In this document: piece after piece, positions 54,707-64,000 of the stretch
Layout: the number at the start of each line of letters is the position of its first letter
Position numbering within the stretch: the first letter of the stretch is position 1
Source of the DNA: an uncultured virus (IMG/VR IMGVR_UViG_3300006789_000016)
Taxonomy: Duplodnaviria; Heunggongvirae; Uroviricota; Caudoviricetes
DNA: 64,000 bases
IMG/VR virus record: IMGVR_UViG_3300006789_000016
Coordinates: 1 to 64,000 of that record
Direction: 5' to 3' (one strand)
Translations under genes and position numbers: made by a program
Notes under the pieces: model-generated
Databases searched by the model: none
What the model was told of the DNA's origin: nothing
What the model saw: the letters and a program-made list of their open reading frames with translations, nothing else

Positions 54707-55350
54707 TCAAACACCCACCTTTTAAGCACTGCCGGAACACCAGCAACAAGAGTTCTTGAAGCAACCGACTTAGTGACAACAGCACCAGCTGCTACTATTG
54801 CATTTTCTCCTATTTCAACACCAGGGAGAAGCGAACTGTTTTGTCCAATTCTAGCCCCTTTTTTAATAACAGGGCCAGCACTAGTCCATTCTTTTCCTTG
54901 AGGCGCTAACCTACCCATAGAGTTGTCGTTGGCACACATCGTTCCTTGTCCAATGAAGACACCATCTTCAATAGTCATGTTGCCAGAAATATTGCATAAA
55001 TCCATGATTTTTACTTTGTTGCCAACAGTAGTTTTGAATCCAATTTTTGCATTCATTCCAACAATACAAAATTTACCAAGAACACAATGATCTCGGAGCT
55101 TGGCGCCATCACCGATAAGAGTATTAGCTCCTACATAACAACCATGGTAAATAGTTGCTCCAGCCCCGATTACACAGTTCTCTTCAATATAAGTAGAAGT
55201 TAATTCTGTGCTGGGCTTTCGGCTAGTTGCACCAGAGGGAACTTTCGGCGGCTTTCCAATTACAGCAAAAGGACCGACTGACACGTTCTCACCCATAACA
55301 ACACCTTCATAAATATAACAAGGAATCCCTTTCCATTCTGTTAGTATCAT
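54703..55350 (-). CDS. Hexapeptide-repeat N-acetyltransferase (WbpD-like)
   Basis: IEDGVFIGQGTMCAND, IGENAIVAAGAVVTKSV...GVPA. Confidence 0.88.
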   Translation of the reverse strand: MILTEWKGIPCYIYEGVVMGENVSVGPFAVIGKPPKVPSGATSRKPSTELTSTYIEENCVIGAGATIYHGCYVGANTLIGDGAKLRDHCVLGKFCIVGMNAKIGFKTTVGNKVKIMDLCNISGNMTIEDGVFIGQGTMCANDNSMGRLAPQGKEWTSAGPVIKKGARIGQNSSLLPGVEIGENAIVAAGAVVTKSVASRTLVAGVPAVLKRWVFE

Positions 55351-56207
55351 TAAATTTCTCCATGAGCTTTTAGTACTTCTAATATAAATTCAGCACGTTG
55401 TAGATAGGTGTGGTGGCACAACATATGCTTATAAGCCTTTTGTCCTAACTCTATTAAATCTTTTGGATATCTAGAATAATATTCTAAAGCGGGCTTTAGT
55501 TTAACAGATTCAATATAGTGTTCGTTTGGAGTAAAAAGTTCGCGTAAACCTTTGTGTGGGTATGTCAACACAGAAACTTGGCAACTAAAACTATCAAAAT
55601 ATCTTATTGGAACACCTGGCTTGCCCTCTTTCCAGAGATAATCATTCCAAATACCTATAGAGGCTAAGCTTTTAGATAAATGCCTGAATCTTTCTCTGTG
55701 GTAAAGATGGGGAGGAATGTTTCCCATAAGTTTATACATCCCTCCAATATCTTTCTTTATTTCTCTGTGAAGTACTCCGCGCAATGTGTCTTCTTTGCTT
55801 TTATCCTTAGCAAGGAGAACAAAATCAGATCTTTTTTTAGCGACCATCCATCCTCGCTGTAGACCAGCAAAGGGAAGGTAAAAACTATTTTTGACTTCGC
55901 GACGAGTTGTAAAATAATACTTTATTCCTCGTCGCCCACGAGCTAATTCGTGGCTAGCTTCCTTCTCCCAAAATATACAGATATGTTTTTTCTTTAATTT
56001 CTTTAAAATATTTGTAGGAGGTAATGTCGAAGGACAGGGGAATATAATTAGATCAATATTTCTTGCTTTGAGCCATCTTGATAATTTCTCATAAGGAAGT
56101 CCTAGCACTTCGTTGTGGCAGTGATAAACATTGTGCCCAAGAAGAGTAAAGCCACAACCTAATGCCTTCTCCAAAGGTCTTGTATGGCCAATAAGTATAT
56201 TTAACAT
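55350..56207 (-). CDS. CgeB-like glycosyltransferase (GT-B)
   Basis: YLPFA, RYFD...LRELFTPNEHY...Y...HHTYLQRAEFIL. Confidence 0.7.
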   Translation of the reverse strand: MLNILIGHTRPLEKALGCGFTLLGHNVYHCHNEVLGLPYEKLSRWLKARNIDLIIFPCPSTLPPTNILKKLKKKHICIFWEKEASHELARGRRGIKYYFTTRREVKNSFYLPFAGLQRGWMVAKKRSDFVLLAKDKSKEDTLRGVLHREIKKDIGGMYKLMGNIPPHLYHRERFRHLSKSLASIGIWNDYLWKEGKPGVPIRYFDSFSCQVSVLTYPHKGLRELFTPNEHYIESVKLKPALEYYSRYPKDLIELGQKAYKHMLCHHTYLQRAEFILEVLKAHGEI

Positions 56208-57130
56208 TTCTTTAATATATCTTCAATATCTCCAACAACCCTCATTCCAAGACTCCCTGGAGAAACAAAAGGTTTATCTAATAAAATCCAATCTGCAAAT
56301 TCATCAACAAGCAAAGCCAATGGCTCTTTAACTTCTCCTTCATAAATAGACATCCAACTATAACGATGGGCCATGTCTCTATCAATACCAACAATGGCTT
56401 TGTCGTAAATAATAAGAGGAGAGTCAGACAACATGTCATACTCAATCATCCCATTAGTTCCGACTACAGTTGTTGTTCTGTCTTTCTTCGGGTTTAACCA
56501 GCTTAAATCTAATCCATAAGTCATCCCAGTTTTGTATTCTATATGGATAGTTGCTGTATCAACAACATCATTCTGTAGATGAGTTCCAGAAACTACAGCC
56601 GAGACTTGAAAGTCAGAACCAAAAAGATAATCCATAACGGCTAAGTCATGTGGTGCTAAATCCCAGATAACTCCAGACAATTGGAACTTACCAAAATTAA
56701 GACGTCTAGAAACTACATGAAGAATATCCCCAATTTTTCCAGCTTGAATTAATTTTCTAAGTTGTCTTATATGTGAACTAAACAAAAATGTATGATCTAC
56801 GCCTAATTTAAGATTCTTTTCAGCGGCCAGCCGGACAAGGGCTTGTGCATCTTTTAGGGTTGTTGTTAGTGGCTTTTCTACAAGGACATGTTTTCCTGCC
56901 AACAAGGCTTCTTTTGCCACACTATAGTGGGTTTCGGGAGGAGTAGCAATAACAACAGCATCGAAGTCTCTCATGGCCAATGCATCTTTTAAAGACTTTT
57001 CTTCCCTCTCTTCTTCGCCTGCTTGCATATCAACCAAAGCAGTCACTTTTATTCTGCTATTTTTTTCTAAATTTCTAAGTAACTTTGGGCCCCAATATCC
57101 TTTATGTCCTACAAGACATATACTTAACAT
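56201..57130 (-). CDS. Gfo/Idh/MocA oxidoreductase (WbpB-like)
   Basis: VG.KGYWG, AVVIATPPETH, GKHVLVEKPL, IWDLAPHD. Confidence 0.92.
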   Translation of the reverse strand: MLSICLVGHKGYWGPKLLRNLEKNSRIKVTALVDMQAGEEEREEKSLKDALAMRDFDAVVIATPPETHYSVAKEALLAGKHVLVEKPLTTTLKDAQALVRLAAEKNLKLGVDHTFLFSSHIRQLRKLIQAGKIGDILHVVSRRLNFGKFQLSGVIWDLAPHDLAVMDYLFGSDFQVSAVVSGTHLQNDVVDTATIHIEYKTGMTYGLDLSWLNPKKDRTTTVVGTNGMIEYDMLSDSPLIIYDKAIVGIDRDMAHRYSWMSIYEGEVKEPLALLVDEFADWILLDKPFVSPGSLGMRVVGDIEDILKKC

Positions 57131-57979
57131 TTAAACTCCTAACTTATAGTTTTCGATTATTTTTAAATAAGCTTTAGCCATTTTGAATGCCGACCATTTT
57201 TTATAGACTAACTCTAAACATTTATTAGAGCAGTAAGTATAAAAATCTTTATCTGTACTCAGTTCTTCTAAACAAACAACAGCGTCTTCTATTTTCTTGA
57301 AAGCAAGACTATTGAGTATAGGATGAAGAGAAATTAACTTTTTGTTTCTGGGATGAAGTAGTGTTACTACAGGCAAACCACAAGCCATGGCTTCTTTTGG
57401 AGCTAAACCAAGAGAGTAGCTTAGAACAAATACTTTGCTTTTCCAATAAAAATTCCTCACTCCATCTTTCTCTACTGCGGGTATATCATACCCTACCAAA
57501 GGAATTTCCTTAAATTTTTGCATTTCTTTTAAAAGATCAATTCTCTTTTGGTCATAGCGTGCTTTGTTCCAAATATCAGCACAAGAAATAAACCCAAATC
57601 TCGAAGTCACCGAAGGTCTCCAAAAGTTTAGATCTATACCATTGGGAATGTGATGGATACCTTTTTTGGGCTGACAAAGCATACCACCCTCAAGGGATGA
57701 ACGCTCATCAACAATGATAATTGGTCGATGAGTTGTAGGCAATCGATGATCAAGAGACCATCGGTTATGATCAATTAACAAAACATTTTGCAGATCAATT
57801 AACTTTCCTGCCTCTACAAAAGTAATAGAAGCAATGATTAAGTCATAAGGAGAGAGGTCTAAATCAAAATCTTTCGGAGTGGCAGGGTTGACAGTTATGT
57901 CCATTAGTCCAAGAGAATAAAAACCTTTAGCTAAATAATCACCCCAGGTGGGATGATGCGGAAGAATCAATATATTCAT
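57131..57979 (-). CDS. Glycosyltransferase, GT4-like
   Basis: IPNGIDLNFW, VFVLSYSLGLAPKEAMACGLPVV. Confidence 0.8.
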   Translation of the reverse strand: MNILILPHHPTWGDYLAKGFYSLGLMDITVNPATPKDFDLDLSPYDLIIASITFVEAGKLIDLQNVLLIDHNRWSLDHRLPTTHRPIIIVDERSSLEGGMLCQPKKGIHHIPNGIDLNFWRPSVTSRFGFISCADIWNKARYDQKRIDLLKEMQKFKEIPLVGYDIPAVEKDGVRNFYWKSKVFVLSYSLGLAPKEAMACGLPVVTLLHPRNKKLISLHPILNSLAFKKIEDAVVCLEELSTDKDFYTYCSNKCLELVYKKWSAFKMAKAYLKIIENYKLGV

Positions 57980-58788
57980 ACATTAAACTTCCACTTCTTT
58001 TTTCTTTTAATCCAAGAAACGATAACCTTTGGGTGAGATCCTGCAAAAGTCTGTGTTTTAAGACTACCTGGATTATAGACAAAACTTGACTGAATGTATC
58101 TTTTATTGCGAAAAGAACGATAGTTCGCATTCTCTACAGCAAACTGTTTCTTTAGTTTTTTCCCCATAGCTTCCGCGTCTCTGCACCAACCGTAATGGTT
58201 TACAAAAGCAGATACTTTTTGTACATCGGCGCGAGCATAAAACTTTTCTGTATTGATATCAATATTATCAACACCAACAGCTACATGAGAACAGCCAGGC
58301 CTAGCAATAAACCTTACTTTTTGATTTCGACGAGTAAGCTTTGAACGCTCTTGATACCATTTAGTGTCTATCACTTGTTTTTGTGCTTTCACCCCAAAGA
58401 AATGCCTAAACTTAAATACAAAATAATTTTTATCTCTTCTTTTACTTATCTCTATTATCTTTTTTGCTGTCTTTGAGGGCACTACTTCGTCAGCATCTGC
58501 TCTCCAAATCCATTCGCTTGTACAGGCCCGCAAAATCCGAGTTCTTAGTTTAGATTCAGTAGAGCGGTTTAACGCCCAAGGATGCCGCAAAATAACAAAT
58601 CGTCCATTTGGCTGAACTTGATAAAACTCTTCTTGAAGATCTAACAACAACTCTAATGTATTATCAATAGAGTGTGCTTCCAAAATGACTATCTCATTAG
58701 AAAAAGCAAAAAGAGATCGTATAGCTGCTTGCATTGGATAGTCAAGAATCTCCACATCCCTAACCCACATTACTGAACTAACAGACAT
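57976..58788 (-). CDS. Glycosyltransferase, GT2-like
   Basis: EIVILEAHSIDNT, WIWRADADEVV (DxD), NHYGW. Confidence 0.8.
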   Translation of the reverse strand: MSVSSVMWVRDVEILDYPMQAAIRSLFAFSNEIVILEAHSIDNTLELLLDLQEEFYQVQPNGRFVILRHPWALNRSTESKLRTRILRACTSEWIWRADADEVVPSKTAKKIIEISKRRDKNYFVFKFRHFFGVKAQKQVIDTKWYQERSKLTRRNQKVRFIARPGCSHVAVGVDNIDINTEKFYARADVQKVSAFVNHYGWCRDAEAMGKKLKKQFAVENANYRSFRNKRYIQSSFVYNPGSLKTQTFAGSHPKVIVSWIKRKKKWKFNV

Positions 58789-58794
58789 AAGTGA

Positions 58795-59133
58795 TTACTT
58801 TACTTCAAATTCAGCATCAACCTTGTCATACCAAGTCACTCCTTCACGAACTAAACCAAATCTTATTTCGTATTTTCCTGACAATAAAGAAAGATCAGCT
58901 GCTTCAAAAGAAGTGCGATAAACCACTGTTTCTCCAGCAGGAACAGTATCTGCCCTAACTAGCCCTACCCTATAAGGTATCTTTATTTCCTTGTCTCCAA
59001 CAAGATGTCTTATACGACAAGGCCTAATCAGTAATTTACTTTTGCTCTGATCTTGACCAGTAGTATTGTCTAGCTCAAGAATAAAGAAGAATTTATTCTT
59101 TCGACGATAAGCTTTGATTACTTTGAGTTTCAT
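58795..59133 (-). CDS. Small Ig-like beta-sandwich protein
   Basis: LDNTTG...VPAGET...GKYEIRFGLVREGVTWY, a pattern often appended to glycosyltransferases. Confidence 0.5.
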   Translation of the reverse strand: MKLKVIKAYRRKNKFFFILELDNTTGQDQSKSKLLIRPCRIRHLVGDKEIKIPYRVGLVRADTVPAGETVVYRTSFEAADLSLLSGKYEIRFGLVREGVTWYDKVDAEFEVK

Positions 59134-60512
59134 AAGTCCATAACCTCGATAAGCCTCTTGGCAGAAAGATCATAATTCTCATTCTTCCTAACCCATTGAG
59201 CGGCTTTCTTTCCTTTTTTAAATGCCTCTCTTTTGTGAGAGACAATATGACGCATTTGTTCTACTAAATCATCAGTATTAATTTTAGCATACTGACCAAA
59301 ATCATCTGATCCATTATTGTGTGATCTTAAGAATTTAGGCAAGTCAGCTCGTTGTAAGCCACTTGGATTCACCCAATAAGCGATATCATCCTTGCATATT
59401 TCTGTAAGAGAAGACCAGTTACAAAGAATAACGGGGAGTCCCGTGCACATAGCCTCTCGTGGAGGTAGGCCATAGCCCTCTCCGTTAGAGGGAAATAGGA
59501 AACAGTCGGCCCGGTGCATTAGACTCACCAATTCTTTATGCGGCAACCTTGCATCTATAACCTCAACATTGCTTGGCAAGTTAGGCTTGTTTCCTCCCCA
59601 CCCTCCGCTGATTTTTAAAATAAGCTTCACATCTGTTCTATTCCCAAAAGCTCTTTTGAATGCTGCCAACGTCAGAGGGTAGTTCTTCCTAGAGTTAGAC
59701 CAATGCGCATTAGCTAGCAAGAGAAACTCAAAGGGTTTATCTCTCTTTGCTCTATTCTCACACATAGGCCATATCTTATGATTTACCCCCAAGGGAACTT
59801 TGTGGATAGGAACTTTTACCCCTGCGTCTTTGAAAATCTTTTTACAAAAGTCAGAAGGAACAATAAGGTGATTAAACTTATTGTTAATTCTACCGGCCCA
59901 GGCGCTAGGAACCTTTGTCGTTTCGAACATTGTGAGAATATATTTCTCTGCTCTTTGACATTTTCCATGCGTCCTGGTTATAGCTGGAGTATGATATAAA
60001 AGATATTTCTTGTAAAGGAAGTTTCTTTCATTAACCAACTCATGGAATTTTGCACTAGCTAAATGATTGTTATTCCTACGTGTAGGGACAAATGACATAG
60101 AGATATGTGCACGATCCAGAGCGAGAACTAATTGCTCTGTACTATTTCCATAACCATCACAAGGGTCGAACACTCCTTCAAATACCAATCCTTTCTCCAG
60201 AGGAGCTACAGATTGATCCATAAAGGCGTGGCCTAGTTCTTTACACAAAGCCGTATAGACATCCTCTACATCTTTTCCATTCTTCAAGCATCTTGAATAG
60301 TCAATTACATATCCAAAACGTTGTCTTTTGAATCCCATAAGAGGGATAATCCCTATCCCAGGATATTTTTGAGGTAAGCCCGGTGCTGGGTTGGCGAGAG
60401 CAAAATGCCAACTATACCTAGAGGTTTCCTCTTTTATCTTGTTAATAGCTGCAAAATAAATTTTATATAGTTCTGGGTTTTGTTTAGGAAATTGAATAAC
60501 TACTTTTTTCAT
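59130..60512 (-). CDS. Glycosyltransferase, GT4-like
   Basis: DGYGN, TMFETT, VPS.FCK, PLGVN, RKN, DCFLFPSNGEGYGLPPREAMCTGLPVI. Confidence 0.88.
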   Translation of the reverse strand: MKKVVIQFPKQNPELYKIYFAAINKIKEETSRYSWHFALANPAPGLPQKYPGIGIIPLMGFKRQRFGYVIDYSRCLKNGKDVEDVYTALCKELGHAFMDQSVAPLEKGLVFEGVFDPCDGYGNSTEQLVLALDRAHISMSFVPTRRNNNHLASAKFHELVNERNFLYKKYLLYHTPAITRTHGKCQRAEKYILTMFETTKVPSAWAGRINNKFNHLIVPSDFCKKIFKDAGVKVPIHKVPLGVNHKIWPMCENRAKRDKPFEFLLLANAHWSNSRKNYPLTLAAFKRAFGNRTDVKLILKISGGWGGNKPNLPSNVEVIDARLPHKELVSLMHRADCFLFPSNGEGYGLPPREAMCTGLPVILCNWSSLTEICKDDIAYWVNPSGLQRADLPKFLRSHNNGSDDFGQYAKINTDDLVEQMRHIVSHKREAFKKGKKAAQWVRKNENYDLSAKRLIEVMDL

Positions 60513-62542
60513 TTTAAAGTCAAAAGCTTTTGAGCTGTAACAACAAAGGTCTCTGCCACTGCAGAGTCTACTGTTTGCAACAACTCTTTCTTAATTGTAA
60601 CGAGTTCATCATTATAAAGATATCCTTCAGAGGCAATGTCAAAAGCTGTCCCCAATTCTTCGAGATCAAATCCCTCGACTTGACCAAGGACTTTCTTTGT
60701 TTCAGAATAAAAAACATTATGAAGTTCTGTATTTCCCTGTAAGAAATAAGAAGCGTTAAAGGGCATGTCCAGCTTTTTGAGTGCTGGAGAACTTATCGTA
60801 GGCTTTCCATATAGCATTGCTTCTTTCAAGTAAGTACCCAAGTGAACATCATCTAATTGAATGTAAACATCAATCCCCCTAAACCATTTATGCATAACTG
60901 CTCTATTGGTCAAAGGAACAACATTAACAGAAGGACTTACAAAAGGTGCTTCGCCCGATGCCAAATCCTGTAATAGTGTTAACTGAAGGTCTTTCCATCC
61001 ACACTTTTTTGTTCCCTTTATTAAATCCTGTAACCTTGATCTTGAAACATTCTTAACAACACTACCCACTACAAGCTTGTTTTTGGTTGGGTTGTGAATT
61101 CGAGAAAGACTAACATTTAAAGGTAGGTCTACTACATAGATTGGCTTAGAAACTCCTGCGTCGATAATTAAAGACTCTGCATATTTAGATGTCACAAACA
61201 ATGCATCATAGTCTCGAGTTAATCGATTGATTGCTTCTCGAGAAAGCTTCCTCTCTTCTATTAGTACAAAAGCAAATCGCAGTAATCCCTGCGCTGGCAT
61301 TGCATAGTTCGTACGAACAAGAGTGGAGGTTTTAAACACATCAACAACCAAGGCATCCTTGTTGTTTTGGGATGGATTAAGAGAAGCCTTGAAGCCTATC
61401 TTCTTGAAGATCTCCTTTAGAGATTCTGCAAGATAACCTGTTTCAAAATCTGGCTCAATCAGAGTGAAGATATCGATAGGTATTTTCTTATCAAGAATAG
61501 TTACTAGATCTTTATCTAGTCTAGATTCAATCGCCTGGCCGACTTCTTGATAGGTAATTCCTTTCATACAAGCAATATTGATTGAGCACGGCTTGTAGAA
61601 ACACCCAGCACATGGAAGGTCACTAAATACAGCAGTTGCATTTTTGTAATGATTCAGCCGAGCCATGGGAGGAGTAGAACCGAAGACCCCTACAATATCT
61701 TTTTCAAGCGCACCTGCGATATGAAGCATCCCTGAGTCAGGGCCAACAAAAAGACTACAGGCATTTACTAATGCAGACTTCGCTCTTAGGTCAAACTGAG
61801 AAACATCCCATGTGTTCTTATAGTCCCAGGTCCTACCCAGTCTTTTATTATGATCGTTAACAAGGAATTTTAAATCATTTCTGATGCTATTCAAATAACC
61901 AATAAGATGGACATACTTTCCAACAGGCCATGTCCGGCGAGGGTCAACAGAAGCAATATCTAAGAAAACTAATTTAGTGCCATTGAGTTTGCCAAACTGT
62001 TTCTTCAGGATTTTCCCCACCCATTCCTTTTCTTTTTTAGATACAATGTAAGTAGGCTTCTTGTTCGGAAGCCTAATCCCTACATAATCTGCAAACAAAT
62101 CAATACGATTGCGAGGATATAAATTCTTGTTTTCATGGGTAAGGCCCGCTGTCGTAATATCAGAAAAGAAATGGTAATCTTCTCTATTGACTTTTTGGAA
62201 ATCAACAACATGATCTATATGAGGATTCTCTTTAAGAAGATCGCTCAAAACTCCAGGCTGTGTAGCATATGTCGTTTCACAGTTGGGGTAGAAATGCTTA
62301 AAAGCCTCCAAGACAGGAGTTGACATAATGATATCACCGATACCGCCTAGCTTTCTCTGAATACAAACCTTAACAATAGATTGATCTCCTCCTAGTTGAG
62401 GAACAGAATTCTTTTGTTGAAAGTTCGGACGCTTTTGAGCCTTTCCTCTTCCACCATTTGTGACAACGGGGATTTGCTTTCTTGTTGGACGAGCTACTCC
62501 TCGACCACCGATACGTCTATTCTTTCTAAATACATTTCCCAT
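60509..62542 (-). CDS. GT9 heptosyltransferase-like domain fused to a second GT-B-like domain, with basic N-terminal tail
   Basis: GGIGDIIMSTP, NPHID, RTWP, FVGPDSGMLHIAGAL...VFGST, CAGCFYKPC...C; C-terminal EAMLYGKP. Confidence 0.85.
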   Translation of the reverse strand: MGNVFRKNRRIGGRGVARPTRKQIPVVTNGGRGKAQKRPNFQQKNSVPQLGGDQSIVKVCIQRKLGGIGDIIMSTPVLEAFKHFYPNCETTYATQPGVLSDLLKENPHIDHVVDFQKVNREDYHFFSDITTAGLTHENKNLYPRNRIDLFADYVGIRLPNKKPTYIVSKKEKEWVGKILKKQFGKLNGTKLVFLDIASVDPRRTWPVGKYVHLIGYLNSIRNDLKFLVNDHNKRLGRTWDYKNTWDVSQFDLRAKSALVNACSLFVGPDSGMLHIAGALEKDIVGVFGSTPPMARLNHYKNATAVFSDLPCAGCFYKPCSINIACMKGITYQEVGQAIESRLDKDLVTILDKKIPIDIFTLIEPDFETGYLAESLKEIFKKIGFKASLNPSQNNKDALVVDVFKTSTLVRTNYAMPAQGLLRFAFVLIEERKLSREAINRLTRDYDALFVTSKYAESLIIDAGVSKPIYVVDLPLNVSLSRIHNPTKNKLVVGSVVKNVSRSRLQDLIKGTKKCGWKDLQLTLLQDLASGEAPFVSPSVNVVPLTNRAVMHKWFRGIDVYIQLDDVHLGTYLKEAMLYGKPTISSPALKKLDMPFNASYFLQGNTELHNVFYSETKKVLGQVEGFDLEELGTAFDIASEGYLYNDELVTIKKELLQTVDSAVAETFVVTAQKLLTLK

Positions 62543-62563
62543 AATCCACGTTTTTAAGACTTA

Positions 62564-64000
62564 CTATCTATACCAGCAAACATTGATTGCTACGACACCA
62601 ACATCACCATCCCAATCATCGTCGGCATGTCCAACAACTCTTGTTAACTTCAACAAGAGTGGTCCCATTTTAGGACTCTCAAGGTCTTGAATACCAAAAT
62701 CAACAGTATATATTAAATCTTCAGACGTTCCCATTACCCAACCTGTTTTTGAAATGCTATCTACATTTACCCATACAGGATTTGCCGTCTGAGCATCTCC
62801 TACTGTATCATAGTTTCCACTAGCATGAGGATCCGAAGCATCTAGTTGCCAACGACTACCAGTGCCCCCAGCGGGCGCTTCAGGCTTTAGGGTAATGTAG
62901 ACTCTAAACCTAGAAGGATAGTTGTCATCTTCATCCATTGGGACTGTACTATATACATATCCTGACTCTGCGACTGTTTGGTCATATAGACAGCTTCTCC
63001 AAACCATTGCAGGTGGACCGGTGTATTCTGAGTTTGCTGGAGCCGGTCCGGCGGCTGCTGCAGGCTTCATAATTTGATCAGCATGAATTGTATTGTTGGC
63101 AATAAGTTTTTCAAAGACAAAGCCATCTCTTGTAATTTGAACTACATTTCCATTTTCATCTTGTGTGTATAGTTCAGAATCTCCACTGTCATCTTTTGAA
63201 TATACTTTTACAGAACCTGTTGTGGCACCAGGATCACCGCTAGATTCTTCTAAGACAATAGGGACATCTCCCTTCGTAACAAGTTCGTCAATATGAACTT
63301 CTACTTTTGCAGATCCGCCATTGTCTGCAACAGAGAATAAAGAAGAGCCTAGTCCAGCAACAGTATCTCTGATTTGTACTTGACCGATACCACCAAGAAG
63401 ACTAATACGGCCATTTGATCCAGCCTGATATGCAGTATTAAGAGACCAACCATTTAGTTCTGCATCAAGTGCCTGGATGGCTGCTTCGAGGGTTGTCCCA
63501 TCAGAGACAGTTGCGATTGGGCCAGAGTCACTATAAGTACCAAGGATGTCATCAGCATCAAGACCATGAGGGTTTATTGCTGTTTGGGCCGCGGACCCCT
63601 TAGAGTCAATATGAGCTGCAAGAGAAATAATATTGGAATCATATCCTGGAGCAACTCCTGCATCTGTATTCCACACCCCACCTCTTAACCGAGCCAGCTC
63701 CCACCGAAGTCTATTGAGATCATCTTCGAGTGTTGTTACTGTACCAACCCTATTTAAAATAGTATAATCTACAGAATTATCTACACCCGTTTGGGGAATC
63801 AACTCATCGTAAACAAGGTCACTAGTATTGGTCGTATGAGACAAGGTAATATCATTAGATGAAATTAGGCCTGTTGCATAGCTAGAACCACCATGAACTG
63901 CTAAAAGTGCTTCAACCATCTCTAGAACAGAGTTTGATAAGTCTCTATTCCCATCACAGTCAAGGACATAGTCATTTCCAAAGACATCTTTGCTCAACTG
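62564..64000 (-). CDS. Probable virion structural / tail-fibre-associated protein (5' end probably outside the window)
   Basis: The reading frame is open to the window edge. Acidic, Gly/Thr/Asp-rich; LEAAIQALDAEL and P...G..KVYSKD..G..ELY..D..G...QIT segments are typical of fibre proteins. Confidence 0.55.
   Translation of the reverse strand, partial: QLSKDVFGNDYVLDCDGNRDLSNSVLEMVEALLAVHGGSSYATGLISSNDITLSHTTNTSDLVYDELIPQTGVDNSVDYTILNRVGTVTTLEDDLNRLRWELARLRGGVWNTDAGVAPGYDSNIISLAAHIDSKGSAAQTAINPHGLDADDILGTYSDSGPIATVSDGTTLEAAIQALDAELNGWSLNTAYQAGSNGRISLLGGIGQVQIRDTVAGLGSSLFSVADNGGSAKVEVHIDELVTKGDVPIVLEESSGDPGATTGSVKVYSKDDSGDSELYTQDENGNVVQITRDGFVFEKLIANNTIHADQIMKPAAAAGPAPANSEYTGPPAMVWRSCLYDQTVAESGYVYSTVPMDEDDNYPSRFRVYITLKPEAPAGGTGSRWQLDASDPHASGNYDTVGDAQTANPVWVNVDSISKTGWVMGTSEDLIYTVDFGIQDLESPKMGPLLLKLTRVVGHADDDWDGDVGVVAINVCWYR

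Noticed and set aside
1..64000. Cellular (e.g. CPR bacterial) chromosome, suggested by recA, dnaE, clpP and LPS-like genes
   Set aside because: There are no ribosomal, tRNA-synthetase or transport genes. The fused primase-helicase, DUF3310, many orphan ORFs and a 50-kb single-strand arm fit a large phage better, although no capsid gene is in view.
1..64000. Stop-codon reassignment, as seen in some large phages
   Set aside because: Conserved genes are full length in the standard code, and TAA, TGA and TAG all end genes that abut the next start.

Overview
This window looks like part of a large (probably jumbo) tailed dsDNA bacteriophage genome. It is AT-rich, densely coding with many overlapping start/stop codons, and reads in the standard genetic code. 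No capsid, terminase, rRNA, tRNA or CRISPR array was recognised, so the phage call is an inference from gene content. From about 0.45 to 50.25 kb nearly everything is on the + strand, forming a host-takeover, nucleotide-metabolism and replication arm. It carries a CCA/poly(A)-type nucleotidyltransferase, a MoxR/VWA pair, a Cys-phosphatase beside a PPDK/PEP-synthase-like phosphotransferase, Pth2, PhoH, a plant-type Whirly ssDNA-binding homologue and SpoVG. It also carries class II RNR, RecA, DnaE, an intein-containing metallophosphoesterase, Cas4-like nucleases, ThyX, dUTPase, two ClpP, GuaB/GuaC, an intein-containing primase-helicase and a lone response regulator. From about 50.2 kb to the end, a convergent minus-strand block encodes a large sugar-nucleotide/glycosyltransferase cluster downstream of a probable virion protein gene. 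The most notable points are: (1) a Whirly homologue; (2) an ATP-grasp/phospho-His enzyme with an unrecognised acceptor domain next to a phosphatase; (3) a dispersed ADP-heptose pathway plus a GT9 heptosyltransferase, with a cupin as a possible GmhA substitute; (4) three groups of small, otherwise dissimilar proteins that share short C-terminal motifs; and (5) an HTH gene interrupted at an A9 tract. All family assignments come from motif recognition by eye, not from database searches.
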